A stretch of DNA of 64,000 nucleotides from Octopus sinensis (taxonomy: Eukaryota). Shown here in pieces: positions 50,667-61,924 of the stretch. The number at the start of each line of letters is the position of its first letter. Position 1 is the stretch's first letter. The position numbers and the translations under genes are program-made. The stretch lies in assembly GCF_006345805.1 (NCBI RefSeq), contig NC_042998.1:4092001-4156000 (forward strand), written 5' to 3'. A model generated the notes under the pieces. The model was not told where the DNA came from and ran no database searches. It saw nothing but the letters and a program-made list of their open reading frames with translations.

Positions 50667-52003
50667 GAGATGAGGCGAAATCAAACTATTTTACTAAGAG
50701 TAAAAAGAATAAAAATTGCCTCATCCTACTCACATTTCTACATACATCACATCAAGATTGTCCGATGCAGGTCCGCTAGAGCAGTGTTTCTTATAGGAAG
50801 ACTAGACCTCATCTATGTGGGACCCTGGGGATCGAATAGTGGATATACAAATTGATGTGTTTAATAAAATTAGGGTTTTCTGTCCTATATACTTGTCAAG
50901 TATCATGTCAAAGAAAGAAGACTTACAGCGATCCAAAATGAATTTTTTTCTCCTCATTAGTAAAGAGTGAGGGATACAAATTTTCATGAATATTTATTAG
51001 CGGGGCCCTAGGATTTGTTTATGCCAAAAACCATTGAAGTGATGTTCACTTCTTAGTTCAGTATTAAGAAATCATATAAGCTCTCAACCTAATGAGTTAT
51101 GACAGAAGATTGCAGATTGCATATCATGAATGAATTTAGATTATCTGTAGCATTTTATTATTAACTGTTTGAACAGTACAAAAAATTCTACTTACTCAGT
51201 CCTCTTAGTATTCAGGAACAATAATGAACAGATGATCTGAAAAGCAACTAATATATGCCACGATTTACACAGCATATATTTATAAATTTGTTTATAGATT
51301 AATCGGAGGGAAAATGGAAACCCTCAGTATTCCTTCAAGGCTGCCAGCACGACGGGAGGGAAGTCATCTGAAAATCAGGAACCTACTTCACATACTGGCT
51401 CAGAAAAACTACTTTATAATACCCAGATAAAAAAAATATGAGAAAGCTGTTGGAGCTCCCTATATTTTTATAGATTATATTGATTGCGGAGAAATTGCCC
51501 TGTGCACCTTTAATGCTTGAAGGAATTTACATAACACTTAAGCAGCAAGCGAATACTCGCTAACATCAGCCTAACAGTAAAGGATAGAGAATTCGATCTG
51601 AAACTAAATTGAATATAATCATAAGCATTTCTCGGATGTGGCTGTATGTAAGAAATTATCGTCCTAAACACATGATTCCGGGTTTAACTTACTTTACACC
51701 TTGGGCAAGTGTTTTCTACCATAGACCTGGGCTGAATAAATCTTTGAAAGTGGACTTGGTTGACAGAGACTGAAAGAAACTCGCCGTGTCTCCTCCTCCT
51801 CCCTCTCTCATTCTCTCTCTCTCTCTCTTAACTGCGGCCATGTTTGAGCACCACCTTATGTATCATATATATATATAAAATTTAAAATAATAAGGATGAA
51901 AAATTGAATATTAATTTGATTAATATCAATTTAAAACCAGTGGTCTAGCATATTGAAAAATCTGAAGGTTTAGAAAAAATTGTATTACATACATATAAAA
52001 GGG

Positions 52004-52183
52004 ATGAGCTGTAAGTGGCCATCCATTTTGCTAGAAGAAGATCCGCTATGGTCTTACCATCAAGAAAGGAATGTTCTCAAAATAATCTGGCGTTTGCTAA
52101 ATTTTCTTGAGGACATTTCTTTTTTAGTGGTAAGACCATAGCGGATCTTCTTCTAGCAAAATGGATGGCCACTTACAGCTCAT
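52004..52183. repeat. Fold-back: 56-bp perfect inverted repeat plus imperfect inner arms
   Basis: 52004-52059 is the exact reverse complement of 52128-52183 and is followed by (TA)n. Confidence 0.92.
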
Positions 52184-52185
52184 TC

Positions 52186-52235
<50 letters not shown>

Positions 52236-52539
52236 CATGTATCTATGTATGCGTGTGTCAGTATGTTTGTGGTTGCACCCTCACCACCGCCTTGCAACCG
52301 TAAACTAGAGGTTCGATAGAATAAGTAATAGGATTAAAAGTTGAAATAAGATGTGGAGTTGATTAGTTCGGCAAAACCCTTGAAGGCAGAACCGCAGAAT
52401 CACTGCAATCCAATGAATGAGACAAATAAAATATAAAGAGGTAAAGAGGTAAATAAAGTAAGACACATTAGAATACTTAAACTCGCCATTTGAAGCAAAT
52501 TGAATAAATAGGAAAAAAATCAGATCATAGCAAGTGATC

Positions 52540-52625
<86 letters not shown>

Positions 52626-52984
52626 TGGAATGTGACACTTTTATTTCATCCCAAATATATCATTACACTACATCATACAAGCACTTTCTATATAATCTTT
52701 GATGGCACTAGCACACATCTTTATTAATAAATATAATCTGCTTATAAAATATTCATAATTGAATGACAGTTAATATAAATAACATACTTCGTAGACATTT
52801 GTTAAACCATTTAAATGTCATTTCATACCTGGGAGAAGCAAACTTTTAACAGTCAGCTAAGACTGATATATAGCTGGCCAAGTTTTTGCGTGCAAGCGTA
52901 TGTATGTATGTATGTATGTATGTATGTATGTATGTATGTATGTATGCATGTATACATGTATGTATATATGCATACATAGGTATC

Positions 52985-53031
<47 letters not shown>

Positions 53032-53446
53032 TCATACACATAAACATATATATTCATATGCATATAATATATATCTATATGTATACATATACGTGCAACA
53101 TGAACGCCCATATGTATAGTGATCTGTGTATAGATCTGTGTGTGTATGCATGTATATGGTATATTTTGCTCTTTAATACAATATCGTTTTGAAGTAGAGA
53201 AAAATTGTTATCGTAGTTTGTGATAATTATATATTTCATTTTTGAAGTTAAATGTAGTGTCACTATACGTGACAATGAAGATATTTAAGTATAATGATTG
53301 AGAAAAAAATTTGATAATTTATCATGTAATTAGTTGACACTTTTTCTGCTTAGTGTTCTAACACAAAAATAATGTGATCGAACTAATAATAACGATGATG
53401 ACGATGTTGTTTATGATGATGATGATAATAATAATAATAATAATAA

Positions 53447-53770
53447 TGAAGTAGAAACGAGTGAGAAATATCAGCCACTGCAGGACGAGATAGGAAAGTT
53501 ATGGGGCATGAGGAAAGTATTGGTGATACCTTGTGGTAACTGGAGCATTAATAGCAGTTTCCAAGTGCTTTGAAAAAACATATTAAGAATACTGGAGCTG
53601 CAGTCAGGCTCGAAGTGATCCAGAAGACAGCATTGTTGAGTACAGCTCGCATTCTAAGGAGAGTACTGTCTCTTTGAGTCAGAGGAGAAGGCACCACTTG
53701 AAACCTTTGGTGATTTGTTATTGCCTGCTTTCGAGTAAAGAACTGCAAATATAACAGCGAGAATGAAAAT
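53447..53770 (+). mobile_element. RLE LINE 3' end (family B-related)
   Basis: EKYQPLQDEIGKLWGMRKV..., LEVIQKTALLSTARILRRVLSL; ends at an (AGT)n/(AAT)n tract. Confidence 0.75.
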
Positions 53771-53803
53771 AGTAGTAGTAGTAGTAGCAGCAGTAGTAGT
53801 AGC

Positions 53804-53904
<101 letters not shown>

Positions 53905-54016
53905 CAGTAGTAGTAACAGTAGTAATAATAATAATAATAATAATAATAATAGTAATTAAGGATAATTATAATAATAATTGGCAATGAAGGCACATGATAA
54001 ATAAAACTACTGAATA

Positions 54017-54048
<32 letters not shown>

Positions 54049-54194
54049 AATTAAACAGACTGCATATGAAAAGAAAGAATGGTGGCAGAGGGCTAATTAT
54101 TTTAGACCAATTGTATAAGGAGTGAAAAAAGAACGCTTGCCGAGTATTTGATAAATAGCGATGGAAACCTGCTGCAATATGCCGCGAATGATAT

Positions 54195-54561
54195 ACTCTC
54201 TTTACTCTTTACTCTTTTACTTGTTTCAGTCATTTGACTGCGGCCATGCTGGAGCACCGCCTTTAGTACTTATTCTATCGGTCTCTTTTGCCGAACCGCC
54301 AAGTAACGGGGACATAAGCACACCAGCATCGGTTGTCAAGCAATGCTAGGGGGACAAACACAAACACACACACACACATACATATATATACATATTTACG
54401 ACAGGCTTCTTTCAGTTTCCGTCTACCAAATCCACTCACAAGGCATTGGTCGGCCCGGGGCTATAGCAGAAGACACTTGCCCAAGATGCCACGCAGTAGG
54501 ACTGAACCCGGAACCATGTGGTTGGTTAGCAAGCTACTTACCACACAGCCACTCCTGCGCC
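54195..54561 (-). mobile_element. SINE family A with an internal deletion
   Basis: Matches the other A copies but lacks the gtcgagc..gtaagccc segment. Confidence 0.88.
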
Positions 54562-54768
54562 TATGGGTGCAAATTCAGATGAAATGATTGGTAAGGAAGA
54601 GTTTAACCAAAGAGCTGAGGAGAATAGAGAAGAAGACCTAGAAATGAGAATACATGGAGAGTTTATCTGTCTGGGGTCCTTGTTGGGACTTGGCAGTTGA
54701 TTAAAGACTCCGGTGCATTTTTACCTACACTGTGTTAAGAAGGAATAGTAGTAATAATAATAATAGCA

Positions 54769-54925
54769 ATCCTTTCTGCTGCAAGCACAAAGCCTGAAAC
54801 TTTGGGTGAGGGCACGAGTCGATTACACTGACCCCAGTGTTTCAGTGGTACTTAATTCATCGACCCCGAAGGGATGAAAGGCAAAGTCAAAGTCAGAACG
54901 TGAAGACGGACGAAATACTTCACGG
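54769..54925 (-). mobile_element. SINE family B2 fragment
   Basis: aatcctttctgctgcaagcacaaagcctgaaac...atcgaccccgaagggatgaaaggcaaagtc. Confidence 0.75.
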
Positions 54926-55001
54926 TGATAGAAAATAAAATAGTAGTAGTAGTAGTAGTAGTAGTAGTTATAATAATAATAACAATGGCAACAACAACAA
55001 C

Positions 55002-55398
55002 GGAGTGGCTGTGTGGTAAGTGCTTGCTAACCAACCACATGGTTCCGGGTTCAGTCCCACTGCGTGGCATCTTGGGCAAAGTGTCTTCTACTATAGCCCC
55101 GGGCCGACCAATGCCTTGTGAGTGGATTTGGTAGATGGAAACTGAAAGAAGCCAGTCGTATATATGTATATATATATATATGTGTGTGTTTGTGTGTCTG
55201 TGTTTGTCCCCCTAGCATTGCTTGACAACCGATGCTGGTGTGTTTACGTCCCCGTCACTTAGCGGTTCGACAAAAGAGACCGATAGAATAAGTACTGGGC
55301 TTACGAAAGAATAAGTCCCGGGGTCGATTTGGTCGACAAAAGGCGGTGCTCCAGCATGGCCGCAGCCAAATGAGTGGAACGAGTAAAAGAGTAAAAGA
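55002..55398 (+). mobile_element. SINE family A
   Basis: Near-full copy. Confidence 0.9.
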
Positions 55399-55512
55399 AT
55401 AATGATATCTTTTATTGGCCATAAGGGCTCAATCATGGAGGACAGTATCAAAGGAGGAGTTACGGCACACAAAAGCAAAACAAAACAAAAAACAACGGCA
55501 ATAACAACACCA

Positions 55513-55561
<49 letters not shown>

Positions 55562-55591
55562 TAATCATAATCATCATCATCATCATCATCA

Positions 55592-55638
<47 letters not shown>

Positions 55639-55639
55639 T

Positions 55640-56130
55640 ATCTTTGTATACTGGAAATGTACTACGATGCCAGCTGTCCCCTACCAGTGAACTAAAGTAA
55701 CAGCCCTTATTTTTCGAGCACAATCAGGATTATTCGAGCGGTTCCAAGCTGTGCTACTTTCTGCAAATGCTCCACCCTTATTGCAGCCCCTATTTGTTCC
55801 ACGTACTTCTCAAGATTTTTAACTCACTCTTCCCAGGGCTCCGACAATTATTGGTACTACTACCATCTCTTTCATCGACCACAACTGCTTAACCTCCCAA
55901 GCTAACCTGTCATATCTATCAACTTTTCTTTCTTCTCTATCGCATACCTTGTTGTCAGCTGGGAATGCTATATCTATGATCCCTCATCGTTTGCTTTCTT
56001 TGTCAATTAACACTATGTCTGGTTTCCTATTCTCTTTCTCATGGTCACATAGGATCTTTGCTGTAACCCAACAGGAGTGTTCTTGACATCTAAGATTACT
56101 TGTAGCCCGATTCTGTTCTTTTCCAACAGT
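55640..56130 (-). mobile_element. RLE LINE family B, 3' fragment
   Basis: Reverse complement matches 10340-10760 (PDIV, PIIVGALG, 3' UTR gttcactggtag). Its (AAT)n tail appears as (ATT)n at 55590-55639. Confidence 0.88.
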
Positions 56131-56169
56131 CTAATCTCTTGAGTGTATATGAAATTAATAATAATAATG

Positions 56170-57210
56170 ATTAGTATTATTATTATTGTTAGAAAAAGAA
56201 GGATGCGGAGGAGAAGGGGAGGAGAGGAGGAGAAGAAAATTAGAAATGGAGAAGTAGGAGAAGAATGAGGAGGAGAAGAAAAATAGAAGATGAAGAGGTA
56301 GAAGACGAAGAAGTGGAGATGTAGAAGTATGAAAAGGAGAAGAAAAAAGAAAAAGAAGAGGAAGAAGTGGAGAAGTAGAAGAAAAGAAGAGGAAGATGAA
56401 GAAAAAGAAGAAAAGAAGAGGAAGATGAAGAAAAAGGAGAAAAGAAGAGGAAGATGAAGTGGAGAAATAGAAGAAAAGAAGAGGAAGATGAAGTGGAGAA
56501 ATAGAAGAAAAGAAGAGGAAGAGGAAGAAAAAGAAGAAAAGAAGAGAAAGAAGAAAAAAGAAGAAAAAGAAGAAAGAAGAAAAAAAGAAGAAAAGAAGAG
56601 GAAGGAGAAGAAAAAGAAGAATGAGGAGGAGAAGAAAAAAGAAGAATGAGAAGGAGAAGAATGAGAAGGAGGAGGAGGAGAAGAGGAAGAAGAAGAAGAA
56701 GTGGAGAAATAGGAGAGGAAGAGGAAGAGGAAGAAAAAGAAAAAGAAGAGGAAGAAGTGGAGAAGTAGAAGAAAAGAAGAGGAAGATGAAGAAAAAGAAG
56801 AAAAGAAGAGGAAGATGAAGAAAAAGAAAAAGAAGAGGAAGATGAAGTGGAGAAATAGAAGAAAAGAAGAGAAGATGAAGTGGAGAAATAGAAGAAAAGA
56901 AGAGGAAGGAGAAGAAAAAGAAGAAAAGAAGAGAAAGAAGAAAAAAAGAAGAAAAGAAGAGAAAGAAGAAAAAAAGAAGAAAAGAAGAGGAAGAAGAAGA
57001 AAAGAAGAGGAAGAGGTAAAAAGAAGAATGAGAAGGAGAAGAATGAGAAGGAGGAGGAGGAGAAGAGGAAGAAGAAGAAGAAGTGGAGAAATAGGAGAGG
57101 AAGAGGAAGAGGAAGAAAAAGAAAAAGAAGAATGAGGAGGAGGAGAAGAAGAAGAAAATGAAGAAGAAAAGGAGAAGAAGAAGAAGAAGAAGAAGAAGAA
57201 GAAGAAGAAG
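56170..57210. repeat. ~1-kb polypurine (GAA/GGA) tract with a ~380-bp higher-order duplication
   Basis: The plus strand is almost all A/G. Blocks at about 56345 and 56735, and about 56640 and 57020, recur. Confidence 0.9.
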
Positions 57211-57229
57211 GTAATACAATGATGCAGAA

Positions 57230-57715
57230 CAAAAGCAACTGGTGAATATGCGGTTGTTGTGAAAAAAATTGCCCGGAAATATAGAATTGAGAGTGAACGC
57301 TTCTACAGAAGTGATAATGTTTATACGCAGACAGAGACACTGCAAAATGTTTGAGAGAATTTATATAGCAATCAGACCCTGAGATATTCCGATTCACAGA
57401 GACAAGAAATGAAGGGATAGCGCCAAGATATTATTGTCGAAGACCATCAGGAAATGAAATGTCTGCTAATCGATGTATCAGTTTCAACAGCTGAAAAATG
57501 GAAAGTAAGCATCTCAAGAAAACCGGAGAAATAAAACTAAATATAACGAGATGGAAGTAGATATATCCTGCAACCAGAAATCGAGTTTCTACCATAATAC
57601 ATACATCAAGAATGATAAAAGAAGATGCAGTAAGACGTCTAACCCAAATGCCAAGATTTAGTTACGTATACAAAGTACATAAAATATGACTGTGAGGCAC
57701 TCCATACATATATAA
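57230..57715 (+). mobile_element. RLE LINE C-terminus, highly decayed
   Basis: TL*DIPIHRDK...CLLIDVSVS..., a remnant of LWDxPIHTD..RPDI..LID. Confidence 0.55.
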
Positions 57716-57787
57716 TACGATGATTATTTCCAATGCATGAGAAGAGAAAAAGCAAAACGAAACACTGCTACACGCCCAAAACTGCTG

Positions 57788-57842
<55 letters not shown>

Positions 57843-57862
57843 AACAACAAATAATAATAATG

Positions 57863-57913
<51 letters not shown>

Positions 57914-59849
57914 GCATCCCCCACACATGGATCCTCGAAACACTAGCCATTAACAAAGTAGCACCAACAATCATAAAATTCATAGAGCACTCTATGAATA
58001 AATGGCAAACAGTCCTACACCTCCAAACAAAAGAGGGACTCATGAAAACCAAAGACATCCCCATTAGAAGAGGAATATTCCAGGGAGACACGCTCTCTCC
58101 ACTCCTTTTCTGCTTGGTACTGTCACCTCTATCTGATATGCTAAACAGAACTGGATGCGGATATAAATGTTACGGCAAAACGATCAGCCACCTTTTATAT
58201 ATGGATGACCTAAAACTAGACGCTGCAAAGGACAAACAGCTGGAAACACTATTAAAGACAGTTCATGGATTTACCAAAGAAATAGATATGAAATTTGGAT
58301 TAGAAAAATGCGCCAAAGTAACCATGAAAAGAGGAAAACTAGTTAAGAGTAACAACATCACACTAGATAAAACCAATGAAATAAAAGAATTAGACCAAAG
58401 CCAAACTTACAAATACTTAGGAATCCATGAACTAGATAAGACACAACACACACAAATGAAAGAGAAAATAAAAAAGAATATTATAGACGAGTTAGATCAA
58501 TACTAAACACAGAGCTCAATGCTAAAAACAAGATAATAGGTATCAACACTTTAGCTGTCCCAGTTATAAGTTACAGCTACAATATCCTTAACTGGACACG
58601 AAATGAACTGACCAAAATAGATAGGAAAACAAGAAAAATAATGACAGGATCTAGGATGCATCACCCAAAATCTGACATAGAAAGACTATATATACAACGT
58701 ATAGAAGGTGGTAGAGGCCTTATACAGCTGGAAAACTACTATAAAATAACCACCATAGGACTTCAAAAATATCTACTTCAGAAGGAAGGAAAACTGATCC
58801 AGATAGCGGCAAAACACGAGCAAAACAAAAAACTGTTCTCAGTATTTAAGGAAGCTGACAAATACAAACAAGAAATCATACCACCTAATAAACATGAAGA
58901 AGAAGAAGAAGATGAAGAAACAACAAAAGCTATGAAACAAATGAAATCCAAACTAAAAATAGAACAGCAACAAACCATGATAAAACGATGGCAAGAAAAG
59001 CCCCTTCATGGTAAATACTGCACTAAACTAAACGCAAAAGAAATAGACAAAGAAAAATCAAAGCAATGGTTGAGAAGCTCAGGACTCAAAGCAGAAACAG
59101 AGGGATTTTTAATTGCAGCACAAGACCAAAGCCTCCCCACCAGAAATTACCAAAAACATGTAATGAAAAGAAATATTACAAGTAACTGCAGAATATGTGG
59201 AGATGGACAAGAAACAATAAATCATATTATCTCTAGCTGCCCAGTCCTGGCTAAGAAGGAATATATTCACAGACATGACAGAGTTGGAACCTACATACAT
59301 TGGAAGCTATGCCAACATTATGGAATAACAACAGAAAAAAGATGGTATAGGCACACACCAGAAAAGGTCACAGAAAACGAGAAAGCAACCATACTCTGGG
59401 ATATGCCGATACACACAGATAGAGAAATTAAGGCCAACAGACCAGATATAGTTGTCAGAGATCATGAAGAAAAAAATGCTTTCTAATTGATGTATCAATA
59501 CCGGCTGATGACAACGTGTCTCTAAAAGAAATGGAGAAACTCTCAAAATACAAAGACCTGGAAATAGAGGTAACTAGAATGTGGAATCTGAAAACAGAAA
59601 CAATTCCTATCATAGTAGGTGCATTAGGCATGATAAAAAAATATTCAGACAAATACAAAACAAAAACACCAGGACTTACAAACACATATAACATACAGAA
59701 AATTGCACTACTAGGCACTGCACACATCCTACGCAGAACACTTTCCATACAATAACCATCAGAGCATCACAACAAATCACAGCACATACCCAAGGCACAC
59801 AGAGCTGTGCTCGGTAGTGAAGTGAAAGCACGCTATGAAAATAAAACTA

Positions 59850-59852
<3 letters not shown>
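57914..59852 (+). mobile_element. R4/Dong-like RLE LINE (family C), 5'-truncated
   Basis: SIPHTWI, GIFQGDTLSPLLF, YMDDLKL, YKYLG, MHHPKSDIERLY, WLRSSGLK, CRICGDGQETINHIISSC, LWDMPIHTDREIKANRPDIVV, KYKDLEIE; (AAT)n on both sides. Confidence 0.95.
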
Positions 59853-59881
<29 letters not shown>

Positions 59882-59882
<1 letters not shown>

Positions 59883-60036
59883 TTACTCAGGAAAGTACTA
59901 GATAGCTCAAAAGAACGGATAACATAGTAGTGTAGGCTGCTGGTAGCAACTCCGCTGCGCATGCAAGACTCCAGGAGCTTCAACAAAACCTGTGATAAAG
60001 AGTAATGATAAAAACAACAACAACAACAACAACAAC

Positions 60037-60076
<40 letters not shown>

Positions 60077-60231
60077 TTTACTCAGGAAAGTACTAGATAG
60101 CTCAAAAGAACGGATAACATAGTAGTGTAGGCTGCTGGTAGCAACTCCGCTGCGCATGCAAGACTCCAGGAGCTTCAACAAAACCTGTGATAAAGAGTAA
60201 TGATAAAAACAACAACAACAACAACAACAAC

Positions 60232-60275
<44 letters not shown>
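59882..60275 (+). mobile_element. Two identical ~130-bp 3' tips of another RLE LINE family in tandem (period 195 bp)
   Basis: tttactcaggaaagtactagatag (LLRKVLDS, a typical RLE C-terminus) plus UTR plus (AAC)n(AAT)n, occurring twice. Confidence 0.75.
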
Positions 60276-60276
<1 letters not shown>

Positions 60277-60278
<2 letters not shown>

Positions 60279-60850
60279 CGTACGCCACTATCTCAGAAGG
60301 AATATAGGAGATGCCAGGACAATATAGCAAGGCTTGTCCATTGGACACTGCAACAAATATGGACTTGACAAAAGCAAAATATTGGCACGACCACAAACCC
60401 GAAGGCATCATCGAAAATGATGATGCAAAGATCCTGTGAGATTTTATGATTCAGTGCGACCATGCGATAGAGAATAGGAAGCCAGACATAGTCTTAATTG
60501 AGAAAGAAAGCAAACTATGCTGGATCATAGATATATCATGCCCAGCTGACAACAAGGTATGTGATAAGGAAGAAAGATATGGCAGGTTAGCTTGGGAGGT
60601 TTAAGCAGTTGTAGTCGATGAAAAAGGTAGCAGTAGTACCAATAATTGTCGGAGCTCTGAGAAGAGTGAGTAAAATTCTTGAGAAGTACATGGAACAAAT
60701 AGGGGCTGCAATAAAGGTGGAGCACTTGCAGAAAACAGCACTGCTTGGAACCGCTCGAATAATCCTGATTGTGCTCGAAAAATAAGGGATGTTATCTTAG
60801 TTCACTGGTAGTAAACAGAACATTTCCAGCGTTAAAAGTTGTGCAAAGAC
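60277..60850 (+). mobile_element. RLE LINE family B, 3' fragment
   Basis: Homologous to 10190-10760; (AAT)n on both sides. Confidence 0.88.
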
Positions 60851-60872
60851 AATAAATAATAATAATAATAAT

Positions 60873-61565
60873 CAAACTTGTCTTCAAGCATGTAAACAAG
60901 AAAATATCATACTCGGTAATAAAACAAAGAAATATCTAAATGAATTCTATACGCAACAAATACCAGAATTAGACGTACTGGAAACAAGCACAGAAAAAGC
61001 TAAGCGTATGAAAGTCAGTGCTAAAGCTGCTGCCTTAGATATTCTTACTGATAGGTGGTAAGAAAAAACTCAATGGTATATAGCCAAAGACAGCTAATAT
61101 TGCCGATATTGACAAAGCCCTCAGCCATTAATCGTTAGTGTATTCTGGCCTAAAATCAGAGACAGAAGGGTCTATTAGAGCAGCCTAAGAACAATACCTA
61201 CCTAGAAGAAGCTACCAGGCCATCATCTTAAAGAACGGCAGGAGTCCAACATGTCGTGTATGTAAACAACTGAAAGAAACCATCGATCATGTTGTCCTTA
61301 TGTGCAGTGCTCTTACACTTACAGAGTATCTCAACAAGCATGATAGAGTAGCACATTATATTCACTGGGTAATTTGCAAAGACTTGGATCTACACCATGA
61401 TAAAAACTGATGGGAACACAAATCACCACCAATGCTTGAATTTGACCACATCTCACTCCTTTGGAACTTCACCGTTCAAACTGACAGAAATAGAGATGCA
61501 AATAGGCCAGACATTATATTGAAGAAATTCAGACAAAAATCATGCCTCCTCATTGATATGACTCT
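60873..61565 (+). mobile_element. RLE LINE family D, C-terminal fragment
   Basis: Degenerate GLKSETEG, CRVCKQLKETIDH, HDRVAHYIHW and LLWNFTVQTDR..RPDIILK; the last 130 bp match 3600-3750. Confidence 0.85.
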
Positions 61566-61567
61566 CT

Positions 61568-61639
61568 CATGATGGGTATACTGGGCTTCGTATATTTTAA
61601 CCCAGTGTCACTTTGATGGCATGCACTGATTTTTCACTC
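61568..61639 (+). mobile_element. Element M, 3' terminus
   Basis: catgatgggtatactgggcttcgtatatttt..cccagtgtcactttgatggcatgcactg..cactc followed by (AAT)n. Confidence 0.85.
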
Positions 61640-61664
61640 AATAATGATAATAATAATAATAATG

Positions 61665-61726
<62 letters not shown>

Positions 61727-61924
61727 GATGATAATGCTTTCTTTTATTGGCCACAAGTGTCCAAGCCATGGAGGACAATATCGAAGGACGGGCTACAGCA
61801 CGATAAGCAATTACAATAACATGTGTAGTTAACATCAATCAAGGGAAAATACTACCACATTAAAGAATATAACAGTGGGTATATAATGGAAAGCAGAGAA
61901 ATAATAAATAAATAAATAAATAAA

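Noticed and set aside
51298-51440. Possible host exon after a tttgtttatag acceptor (also an open frame near 40860-41020)
   Set aside because: No recognisable protein similarity and no convincing donor site; cannot be supported without RNA-seq.
56155-57397. 396-aa and 385-aa minus-strand ORFs (poly F/L/S)
   Set aside because: Stop-free only because the opposite strand is a GAA/GGA tract; no complexity or domain.
57733-57913. Poly-Thr/poly-Asn N-terminus fused to RT in ORF 57733-58506
   Set aside because: Chance in-frame read-through of (ACT)n(AAT)n into a 5'-truncated LINE.
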